Source: Octopus sinensis | Taxonomy: Eukaryota | Length of the DNA stretch: 10,846 nucleotides | Direction of reading: 5' to 3' | NCBI RefSeq assembly: GCF_006345805.1 | Contig: NW_021827257.1 | Location: 1-10,846, forward strand | Part shown: in pieces, positions 1-8,794 of the stretch | Numbering within the stretch: position 1 is the first letter of the stretch | Layout of the letters: each line of letters begins with the position of its first letter | Position numbers and translations under genes: made by a program | The notes under the pieces: model-generated | Databases searched by the model: none | Told to the model about the DNA's origin: nothing | The model's input: only the letters and a program-made list of their open reading frames with translations

Positions 1-182
1 CTGAATTCATGAAAACAGTTTTAGTAAAATCTCCAAATAGTTCGCTTCTCAATCCCATGGTTCTAGGTTCAGTCCTACTGCGTGGCACCTTGGGCAAGTG
101 TCTACTACAATAGCGTCGGGCCGACCAAAACCTTGCGAGTGGATATGGTAGACGGAAACTGAAAGAAACTTGCCGTGTGTAT

Positions 183-185
<3 letters not shown>

Positions 186-220
<35 letters not shown>

Positions 221-243
221 CACACACACACACACAACACACA
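186..243. repeat. (CA)n microsatellite
   Basis: Directly visible. Confidence 0.95.
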
Positions 244-274
244 TGTATGTATATCTATCTATCTATTTATATAT

Positions 275-468
275 AATCAATCCAAACATGAACAAGCAAG
301 AAAAAACAACAGCGCGAGAATAAGTACAGTGTTATTGGACGCTCAGGAAAGGAAAGAAAAGAAAGAGGATTTCAGGTTTCGAGCGGAGCTCTTCGTCAGA
401 AATGTAGAAAAAGTCCAAAGAAGGGAAGACGGGCCAACGATACACACGCGGTCACATATTGAATAAAT
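275..468 (-). mobile_element. Penelope-like pseudo-LTR fragment with hammerhead motif (copy 1)
   Basis: Homologous to 6894-7065 (ttattggacgctcaggaaag...tttcgagcggagctcttcgtc.gaaatgtag...gaagggaagacggg); flanked by TA-rich tracts. The PLE assignment is inferred from the hammerhead motif. Confidence 0.65.
370..402 (-). ncRNA. Minimal type I hammerhead ribozyme motif, stem III and cleavage site mutated
   Basis: Minus strand reads ttt CTGACGA a gagc tcc gctc GAA acct g aaa. Confidence 0.65.
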
Positions 469-522
469 GTATATATATATATATATATATATATATGTGG
501 TGTGCGATGTGTTAATGTATAA

Positions 523-568
<46 letters not shown>
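469..568. repeat. (TA)n then (TG)n compound microsatellite
   Basis: Directly visible; middle region of the family A SINE. Confidence 0.9.
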
Positions 569-569
<1 letters not shown>

Positions 570-991
570 CCCCTCCACCACCACTTGACAACCGGTGCCG
601 GTATGTTTACGTCCCCATAACAGCGGTTCCTCAAAAGAGACTAATAAAATCAGTACCAGACTTTAAAAAAAAAAATTGAACTGTAGACTCGATTCGGTCG
701 ACTGAAATTCTCCAAGGCGGTCTCTAGCTTGGCCGCAGTCTAATGACTGAAACAAATAAAACATAAAAGAGAGACATTTGCAAATAGTTTGAAGTCATCT
801 ATTTAGAGGACGGGGTTTATAATTTGTCCGTTGCATTTAAAGCTATCTCTGGTTTAATTTACTAAATTTGTCAATGGGATCACAGCTAGGCAGATGTTAG
901 AAGGCATAGCGATTCGCTTTCAATGATTTCTTCTCGTATGAGAATCGGGCTTGATTTAATCACTTCTGCATTGTCTTGTTAAAAGTGATGT

Positions 992-1675
992 CTTTTACGT
1001 TTTACATGTTTTAGCTATTGGAATGTGACCACCCTGGAGCAACGCCTTGGTGGTTTTAGTCGGCGGCGAGCTGGCAGAAACGTTAGCACGGCGGGCGAAA
1101 TGCTTAGCGGTATTTCGTCTGCCGCTACGCTCTGAGTTCAAATTCCGCCGAAGTCGACTTTGCCTTTCATCCTTTCGGGGTCGATTAAATAAGTACCAGT
1201 TACACACTGGGGTCGATATAATCGACTTAATCCGTTTGTCTGTCTTTGTTCTCTCTGTGTTTAGCCCCTTGTGGGTAGTAAAGAAATAGGTTTTAGTCGA
1301 ACAGAATGACCCTAATACTTTTTTTTCTTAAAGTCTGGTTGTTATTTTACTAGGCCTCTTCGCTGAATCGTCAGGTTACGGGAACGTTAACAAATCAACA
1401 CCGGTTTGTCAACAGGTCAGAGGAGTGCAAACCCCAACCCTAACACACATAGACGTACGCATTTATACATAAGCACATACGCACGTCGCACACCCAGACA
1501 TATATGTGACGGGCTACCACACAACTTGCCTGTCTATCAAATACACTCATAAGGCTTTAGTCGGCTCGGGGCTAATAGTAGAAGGCACTTGCCCAAGGCA
1601 CCACGCAGTGAGGCTGAACCTGAAACCATGTGGTTACAAAACGAGATTCTTAACTACACAGCCATGCCTGTGCCT
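992..1675 (-). mobile_element. Family A SINE, old diverged copy, interrupted by a family B SINE
   Basis: Reverse-complement match to family A: ctggagcaacgcctt, then ttagtcga...caacaccggtttgtcaa...gcacttgcccaaggcaccacgcagtg...cacagccatgcctgtgcct. Confidence 0.8.
1062..1288 (+). mobile_element. Family B tRNA-derived SINE, full length, with 10-bp target-site duplication
   Basis: A-box-like tggcagaaacg and B-box gagttcaaattcc; homologous to 2877-2971 and 9275-9390; flanked by ggttttagtc at 1052-1061 and 1289-1298. Confidence 0.9.
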
Positions 1676-2040
1676 TTATAGCTGTTTCCCATTTTGAGAA
1701 TGTTTGGTTGATGTACAATATTAGTTTTGGAACAGGTTTATTTATATGTAATGTTGCCAACATCTAAGGGTGTGGTTGCTATATGCTGCAACATGCTTAA
1801 GTTATAGTTTATCTTTTGATTATCTTTCATAATTTTCCTATTCATAAGCAACTGTTCTTTGCGACCTTTATTTTTCCTGTTCTTTGATACAATGTTATTC
1901 TTTAAACTGCTAGCCGTTTAAGAATATATATGTTGAGGGCTTTGTACTGTTGTTAACAAATAAATTCTAGGTCTGTAGTTTAATAAATCTCCGGACTCTT
2001 TTTCAATCTGGTTTTCGAAGAATTAACATCATGTTAATTC

Positions 2041-2457
2041 AGGCGTAGGAGTGGCTATAGGCGCAGGAGTGGCTGTGTGGTAAGTAGCTTGCTAAACAAC
2101 CACATGGTCCCGGGTTCAGTCCCACTGCGTGGCATCTTGGGCAATGTCTTTTGCTATAGCCCCGGGCCGACCAATGCCTTGTGAGTGGATTTGGTAGACG
2201 GAAACTGAAAGAAGCCTGTCGTATATATGTATATATATATATGTGTGTGTGTGTATGTTTGTGTGTCTGTGTTTGTCCCCCTAGCATTGCTTGACAACCG
2301 ATGCTGGTGTGTTTACGTCCCCGTTACTTAGCGATAGAATAAGTACTGGGCTTACAAAGAATAAGTCCCGGGGTCGATTTGCTCGACTAAAGGCGGTGCT
2401 CCAGCATGGCCGCAGTCAAATGACTGAAACAAGTAAAAGAGTAAAGAGTAAAAGAGT
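2041..2457 (+). mobile_element. Family A SINE, near full length
   Basis: A-box-like tggctgtgtgg, B-box-like ggttcagtccc, (TA)/(TG) middle, tail ending in gtaaaaga repeats; highly similar to 3397-3817. Confidence 0.9.
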
Positions 2458-2645
2458 ATGTTCTTTTCTCGTAAGCCCTCGTATGCTAATTCTGCTCCGT
2501 TCAATTTATTAAATACTGATTGAAGAATATGTGTTAATCGTTTCAGCAAGAAATTAGGGTCTTTATCAATCGGGGGTAAGGGCGTTTCCCAGTTGCAAAT
2601 AGACTGTATCGTTTGCTCAATTCTTTCGTAAATTTAGTAGGTTTT

Positions 2646-2871
2646 ATTGTTGTTGTTGCTATGATTATTATTATTATTATTATTATTATTGTTGTTGTTG
2701 TTGTTGTTGTTGTTATCATCATCATCATCGTCATCAACATCATCATCACCGTCATCATCATCATCATCATCATCATCATCACCATCATCAAAATCGTCAT
2801 CGTCATCATCATCACCATCATTATCATCGTCATCGTCATCGTCATCATCATCATCATCATCATTATTATTA
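2646..2871. repeat. Compound trinucleotide microsatellite (GTT)/(ATT)/(GTT)/(ATC)n
   Basis: Directly visible. Confidence 0.95.
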
Positions 2872-2876
2872 AAACA

Positions 2877-2971
2877 GTGAGCTGGCAGAAACGTTAGCAC
2901 GCCGGGCGCAATGCCTACTGGTATTTCGTCTGTCTTTACGTTATGAGTTCAAATTCCGCCATGACCGACAT
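2877..2971 (+). mobile_element. Family B SINE, head-only fragment
   Basis: gagctggcagaaacgttagcacgccgggcg...gagttcaaattccgcc matches 1068-1149. Confidence 0.85.
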
Positions 2972-3115
2972 TTTATTTGCCAAATAAACGCACACACTAT
3001 ATATTCGTTCTTCATTTCAGATTTCTTATTGTTCTTATCTTATGTCCTTTATATGGAAATCTTTCGTCACACTCCTGTGACCTCTTCAGCGACTCTCCCT
3101 TCCACATGTTTCCTC

Positions 3116-3340
3116 CGTTTTATCTTTTATTTGTTCAATCATTAGAGAGCGGTCATGCTAGGGCACCGCCTTGAAGAATATTAGTCGAACGAATCGACCC
3201 GCACTAGTTATATTTTTTAAAGCCTCATACTTATTCTATCGTTTTTTTTGCCAAACCATTAAGTTACGGAGACGTAAACACATCAACACCGGTTGTCAAG
3301 TGGTGACGGGGGACAAACACAAACCCAAAGACACACATAC
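3116..3340 (-). mobile_element. Family A SINE, 3' half only
   Basis: gcggtcatgctagggcaccgcctt...tacttattctatc...caacaccggttgtcaag...ggggacaaacaca is the reverse complement of the family A tail. Confidence 0.8.
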
Positions 3341-3396
3341 ATAATCTTACATATGTTTGTGTGTACGTATATCCACTCACACATACACACATACAT

Positions 3397-3557
3397 AGGC
3401 GCAGGAGTGGCTGTGTGGTAAGTAGCTTGCTTACCAACCACATGGTTCCGTGTTCAGTGCCACTGCGTGGCACTTTGGGCAAGTGTCTCCAACTATAGCC
3501 TCGGGCCGGCCAAAGCCTTGTGAGTGGATTTGGTAGTATATATATATTTGTGTGTGT

Positions 3558-3602
<45 letters not shown>

Positions 3603-3817
3603 TGTGTCTGTGTTTGTTCCCCTAACATCGCTTGACAACCGATGCTGGTGTGTTTACGTCCCTGTAACTTAGTGGTTCGGCAAAGAGACCGACAGAATAA
3701 ATACTAGGCTTACAAAGAATAAGTTCTGGGGTCGATTTGCTCGACTAAAGGCGGTGCTCCAGCATGGCCGCATTCGAATGACTGAAACAAGTAAAAGAAT
3801 AAAAGAGAGTAAAGAGT
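3397..3817 (+). mobile_element. Family A SINE, near full length
   Basis: Starts aggcgcaggagtggctgtgtgg; lacks the acggaaactgaaagaagcc segment; possible low-complexity TSD atacata (3391-3397, 3818-3824). Confidence 0.9.
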
Positions 3818-4344
3818 ATACATATATGAATACGTACGTACGAACATACCACATATTCGTACGTACTTACATACTACATATTCATGATCACACACAAGCG
3901 TACTCGAAACAACATGTAGGTGTGTTTAAGGGAAATAAATATGGTAACAAAGTAACCGAATGACAACTATATAAAAGCAGAGGGCGCCAGAATTTCGAAA
4001 CAACAGAGTAATGATAAGCATAAACCTTGTTCTGTCATACTCAGATGATATCGGGACACTATATATCGTGACCTAGGTCTAGGGTGAAATATAGATTTAT
4101 CACCGATGAACTGTAATTGTTGGTATCTATTGTTATACAGAGCAACAGTAAGCAGGCATCGTCTGTTGGAAGTTGACGTATCGGTAACAAAACCCAGGGT
4201 GATAGGGAGATGACATAAATAATTTAAAATCTAGAGGGAGGTGGCATAAGAAATATGATATGAAGTGAATGTGGTTGAGCGGAGCTGCAACAAGCTGGGT
4301 GAAGGAGGAACAATTGTTATATAGGAAAATGAAGCTATCCATGT

Positions 4345-4451
4345 GTCTTTGTGCGCGTATGCATATGTATGTGTACGTACGTATGTGTATATATGTATAT
4401 ATGCATGTGTGTGTATGTATGCATGTATGTGTATGTATATATAATATATTA

Positions 4452-4518
<67 letters not shown>
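4345..4518. repeat. (TG/TATG)n then long (TA)n microsatellite
   Basis: Directly visible. Confidence 0.9.
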
Positions 4519-4519
<1 letters not shown>

Positions 4520-4521
<2 letters not shown>

Positions 4522-4808
4522 ATGGTTGTATACTGTCAATTTAACGTGACAGTAGGGGATTACATCACCGCTGTTTAGCCCTAGGAAGCATCGACGCTTC
4601 CTGATGGCTTCGACACATTTTTTTTCCTGTGTCCTTATATATTTACGAAGGGGAGACAAATACCCCTAGCAGCCAGGCCTGCATCTCCCCTAAGGACACA
4701 GGAAAAAAAATGTGTCGAAGCCATCAGGAAGCGTCGATGCTTCCTAGGGCTAAGCAGCGGTGGCGTAATCCCCTACTGTCACGTTAAATTGACAGTATAC
4801 AACCATTC
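4520..4808. repeat. Long inverted repeat IR1: 118-bp arms (4520-4637, 4691-4808), 53-bp spacer, 3 mismatches
   Basis: Arms compared by eye; no indels; the left arm begins two bases after a (TA)n tract. Confidence 0.95.
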
Positions 4809-5087
4809 TATCGCCCCACCACCGTACATATCTCTATGAGATATTTAGAAATTTAATATATATATATCTATACATACATAACATTATTGACCATATATAC
4901 TCAGTGTATGTTTTGCTGCCTTGCCAATGCGCTGCTACGTAGCGTGGCGGGGATGACTCCCTTAAATCACCGGGTGTTTAAACACCTGAAAGTCATAGAC
5001 AAGCGAGGCAAGTCGCCCTTAATCCAATTCAGGAGTGATGGATATCGATATTTCGCAATCTTATGCATATAAATATACATATATATA

Positions 5088-5270
5088 GTCGTGACCCCCT
5101 TCGGTCAAGAATTACCAAGGGATTGCACCTAGAAAGTTACCCTCCGAAGTACAGGTCTGGGCAAGGTTGTTTATGGAAGACCAGCAGTCGCCCACTCATA
5201 CCAGCCTCTCCTCTCCACGCCACCGATGTTATCAAAGAGAAAGCAAAGGCCGATACAGATTGGCACCAGC
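5088..5270 (+). mobile_element. Probable RTE-clade LINE 5' region fragment
   Basis: ggaagaccagcagtcgccca...ctctccacgccaccgatgtt...gatacagattggcaccag resembles RTE 5' UTR sequence from memory; single copy here and not verified. Confidence 0.4.
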
Positions 5271-5272
5271 TC

Positions 5273-5565
5273 ATTTATTAACGTGCAAGTGGCTGAGCAC
5301 TCCACAGACATGTGAACCCTTAAAGTAGTTCTCGGGGACACAGAGTGTGACAAGGCTGGCCCTTTGAAATACAGGTACTACAGAAACAGGAAGAAAGAGT
5401 GAGAGAAAGTTGTGGTGAAAGAGTACAGCAGGGTTCACCACCACGCCTCGTGGAGCTTTAGGTGTTTTCGCTCAATAAACACTCACAATGCCCGGTCTGG
5501 AAATCGAAACCGCGATTCTACGACCGCGAGTCCGCTGCCCTAATCACTAGGCTATTGCGCCTCCA
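5273..5565 (-). mobile_element. Family C tRNA-derived SINE (variant 1)
   Basis: Minus strand starts tggaggcgcaatagcctagtgattagggcagcggactcgcggtcg...gtttcgatttcc with A/B-box-like motifs; head shared with 10366-10628. Confidence 0.85.
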
Positions 5566-5631
5566 CTCTATATATATATAGAAATACACATACATAAGGA
5601 CAATTTTATATTTATAATGAAAAAGACTCAC

Positions 5632-5677
5632 CTGTGGTGGATGTGAAAATTTCATATGGTACAACCAGGATATTCAC
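5632..5677 (-). CDS. Candidate 46-nt internal coding exon (VNILVVPYEIFTSTT), unknown gene
   Basis: Acceptor ttttattgttttaaAG and strong donor cag|GTGAGT; only frame 0 is open, matching the phase-0 end of exon 8401-8515. Confidence 0.55.
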
Positions 5678-5959
5678 CTTTAAAACAATAAAATATGGCG
5701 GTAAAAAGATCAGAACTTGTAATAATTTTTAACTCAGACGTTGTTTAGTTTTATTTGATATTTGGTTTGACGGGGTTGGTTTATCGAGTGTTCACTCTGT
5801 GGTCTGTCTGTGTGTGTGTATGCATATACATACATACGTACACACGTATATATATATATATATATAAAATATTATTAGAGACAAAACCACTATTTTGCAA
5901 AACAAACAAGGAAAGACTTAATCAATACATAAAATTTTAATAAATAGTCAAAAAAACCG

Positions 5960-6002
5960 CCACTACAATTGTTACTTGTCTTGATCGACAATCTTCAGGT
6001 GG
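5960..6002 (-). ncRNA. Minimal type I hammerhead motif (mirror copy in IR2 left arm)
   Basis: Exact reverse complement of 6044-6086. Confidence 0.65.
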
Positions 6003-6043
6003 ACTTCCAATAAGTCAGTTTCAAATTATGACTTATTGGAAGT

Positions 6044-6086
6044 CCACCTGAAGATTGTCGATCAAGACAAGTAACAATTGTAGTGG
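6044..6086 (+). ncRNA. Minimal type I hammerhead motif with GUAA in place of GAAA
   Basis: ccac CTGAAGA ttgtc gatcaa gacaa GTA acaattgt A gtgg: stems I and II pair, stem III is palindromic, cleavage triplet GUA. Confidence 0.7.
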
Positions 6087-6264
6087 CGGTTTTTTTGACT
6101 ATTTATTAAAATTTTATGTATTGATTAAGTCTTTCCTTGTTTGTTTTGCAAAATAGTGGTTTTGTCTCTAATAATATTTTATAATATTTTACTATAAAAT
6201 TGGATTTAATCCTAAACCTGATTTTTTCCCTGTAAATTTGGATTTATTCCCTAATATTTATTAT

Positions 6265-6308
<44 letters not shown>

Positions 6309-6861
6309 CGTGTGTGTGTGCAGGCTTGCGTATGCACGCACATACACACAGAAGTCGAAAATGGAGTTACTGGTATTCCATTTATTCCATGTTTCACATT
6401 TGTTTCAACAACGTGTGGGTGACAAATCAAGCGTGTATTCAGACGTAGTCATGGATGAGGGCAATGATGCACTGATGCCCCCTGTGTAATGTATATTACA
6501 TAATAACAACCACTGTCATTTAACCATAACGAAAAGATTAACTATATCATACTGTACTCAAACACACACACACACACACACACTGTCTGTCTCTCTCTCT
6601 CACACACACACATTCACATACATACATATGTAGTAATTTTCTCATGTGTTACTCTTTTACTTGTTTCAGTCATTTGACTGCGGCCATGCTGGAGCACCGC
6701 CTTTAGTCGAGAAATCGACCCCCAGGACTTATTCTTTGTAAGCCCAGCACTTATTCTATCGGTCTCTTTGCAGGGCCGCAAAGTTACGGGGGAGGTAAAC
6801 ACACCAGCATCGGTCGGTTGTCAAGCGATGTTGGGCGGACAAAAACAGACACACTAGCATG

Positions 6862-6893
<32 letters not shown>

Positions 6894-7065
6894 GTTAATC
6901 TAAACAAGAAAGCACAAAAAGAAACACAACAACGCGAGGACGTGGAGCAAATATAGTATTATTGGACGCTCAGGAAAGAAGGAAAGAAGGAGGGTTTAAC
7001 GTTTCGAGCGGAGCTCTTCGTCGGAAATGTAGGAGACGGAAAGATCCAGAGAAGGGAAGACGGGC
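6894..7065 (-). mobile_element. Penelope-like pseudo-LTR fragment with hammerhead motif (copy 2)
   Basis: Homologous to 275-434; follows a (TA)n tract; joins the SINE at gacgggc. Confidence 0.65.
6995..7027 (-). ncRNA. Minimal type I hammerhead motif, core U-to-C substitution
   Basis: Minus strand reads ttt CCGACGA a gagc tcc gctc GAA acgt t aaa; palindromic ACGT stem III. Confidence 0.65.
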
Positions 7066-8093
7066 TTCTTTCAGTTTCCGTCTACCAAATCCACTCACAA
7101 GGCTTTGGTCGGCCCGAGGCTAGAGTAGAAGACACTTGCCGAAGGTGTCACGCAGTGGGACTGAACCCGGAACCATGTGGTTGGTAAGCAAGCTAATGTT
7201 CCATGAAATAGAATACAGCGCTGTGGATAAAATAACGTAAACAAAGTGACAGGCGAGGAATAAAAAAAGCCCGTCTATTAATAATTATAATTTCTTACAT
7301 AGGTATATAACCACATGCTATTGAAGGAGGAATGGGATATTCGATTATATCGGTTTTTATTTGAATAGTATCCCCAGCACGAGGTTTACTTCGTGGTGTT
7401 ATTTAGACTCAGATTCTTAGCTAAAAATCGCAAAACATATTGTCCTGCTCTGATCCACTGCTATTAAATAATGGTTATTTCTAAGACAAAGTTTACATAC
7501 GTAATTTCGTTTTAAATACTCGCCTTGGGCAAGTATTTAATGGGTAATTTAGCAGAGTGGTCATTCGCCCGCTGGCATTCGTTGACGCGGCATCGAAGAA
7601 ACAAAAGTACAAAAGACCAAAGAAAAAAGAAGAAAAAAAAACGCACTCAACACTAGAGCTAAAGACACCTCCGAAACTTAGTGGGTGGGTGCACGTCGAA
7701 AACGGTAGAGTAGTAGGGGCCGAAACTGGATGTGGTTCCTCCTGATGATTTCCTTAGCCACTGGATCCTATAAAAGGAGCTGTTGAGGTAGCGAACCACG
7801 AAACGCGGTTGGATTTCCCCTCTAACTAAGACAAAGCCCCACATTCTGTCGGATGCTGGGGAGGGGATTATAGCTGTTTATATCTTCCGAGCACTTGAGA
7901 CTGAAGTTGTTGTCCAGGTAGGTCCTGATGGAGGGGACCTATTGTGAAAGATGCTCCCGTTGTGATAGTTCCGTCTTTTATTCAAATATAGTACATCCAT
8001 GACTATATTTACCGAATATGCCCTTCCCCTTTTAAGAGGCAAGCTGTACTTTAGAAGAGGTTTAGCTGATATTTCTAGCATTAAAATCAAAAG

Positions 8094-8306
8094 ACAAACA
8101 ACATTAATATTTGAAACCCAGAAGAATATTTATAAAAAAACGATTTCAATGAAAAATTAACCAAAATACAAACAACATTAATATTTGAAACCCAGAAGAA
8201 TATTTATAAAAAACGATTTCAATGAAAAATTAACCAAAATACAAACAACATTAATATTTGAAACCCAGAAGAATATTTATAAAAAACGATTTTAACTAAA
8301 ATACAA
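8094..8306. repeat. 73/74-bp tandem repeat, about 2.8 copies
   Basis: Units start at 8094, 8168 and 8241 (acaaacaacattaatatttgaaacccagaagaat...). Confidence 0.95.
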
Positions 8307-8400
8307 AATTGTCAGAATAATACAAATAAAATAAAATAAAAGTGCGTTTTTTTTTAATAGCAAATATGATTACCCAACGTTCATTATTGTAAGATCTTAC

Positions 8401-8515
8401 AAAAAAGGAGGAAATTGCTCTCATCTGTCTCTTTGATTCTGGAAAAAATACATTCAGAAATAACTTCACGCCACATTCTTCTACTTCCTCAGTCATTTTC
8501 CTTTCCGTCGCAGAC
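8401..8515 (-). CDS. Candidate 115-nt internal coding exon (SATERKMTEEVEECGVKLFLNVFFPESKRQMRAISSFF), unknown gene
   Basis: Acceptor ttctttgttgccttttAG and donor GTAAGA; a single open frame inside ORF 8296-8529; non-repetitive sequence. Confidence 0.55.
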
Positions 8516-8738
8516 CTAAAAGGCAACAAAGAAATCTCATTTTTTTTCTTTCGTTTTTCTTTTAGTTCATTTTCTTATTAATCGTTTGTTTATTTTTATT
8601 TTCGTCACGAATCTCAATAATTTTTTATAAATAGAAACATTACATACATACATGCATACAAACATAACATGTGTGTATGTGTGCGTGCGTGCGTGCGTGT
8701 GTGTAAGTATGTGTACGTATATAATATACATATAATCT

Positions 8739-8794
8739 GAGAGAGAAAGAGAAAGAGAGAAGGGGAGAGAGAGAGAGAGAAGAAGGGAGAGAGA
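8739..8794. repeat. (GA)n microsatellite
   Basis: Directly visible. Confidence 0.9.

Larger units (their letters stand above)
35..770 (+). mobile_element. Family A tRNA-derived SINE, 5'-truncated, diverged, interrupted by a PLE-like fragment
   Basis: Head ggttcagtcctactgcgtggcaccttgggcaag...gacggaaactgaaagaa (about 35-180) and tail cttgacaaccggtgc...atgactgaaacaa (about 568-770) match the copies at 2041 and 3397; microsatellite middle. Confidence 0.85.
5863..6183. repeat. Perfect inverted repeat IR2: 155-bp arms (5863-6017, 6029-6183), 11-bp spacer; probable PLE inverted pseudo-LTR
   Basis: Arms are identical by eye; starts in a (TA)n tract; unique sequence continues to about 6265 before the next TA/TG tract. 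Confidence 0.95.
6649..7195 (-). mobile_element. Family A SINE, 5'-truncated, interrupted by a PLE-like fragment
   Basis: cttttacttgtttcagtcatttgactgcggcc... and gcttctttcagtttccgtctacc...ggtaagcaagcta are reverse complements of family A. Confidence 0.9.

Noticed and set aside
49-240. Recurrent 'CPRCHAVGLN' and 'LQHGRSQMTETSKR' peptides
   Set aside because: They are translations of family A SINE copies, not a protein family.
2543-2900. Poly-D/N/M/I/S ORFs
   Set aside because: They are translations of a trinucleotide microsatellite open in several frames.
4172-4200. Half hammerhead on the minus strand (ggt..acc GATACGTC aac)
   Set aside because: No CTGANGA box upstream; could be chance.
4901-4985. 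Further minus-strand exon after acceptor ctttcag
   Set aside because: It hits a stop two codons in when read in the phase required by the 46-nt exon, and the donor is weak.
5863-6183. IR2 as a classical MITE
   Set aside because: Not preferred: extra sequence on one side before the TA tract and the hammerhead motif fit a PLE inverted pseudo-LTR better, though a MITE is not fully excluded.
7722-7812. Hammerhead from CTGATGA (7742-7748) plus nearby GAAAC
   Set aside because: I could not form consistent stems I and II.
8094-8306. CRISPR array
   Set aside because: Head-to-tail units without unique spacers, in a eukaryotic context.
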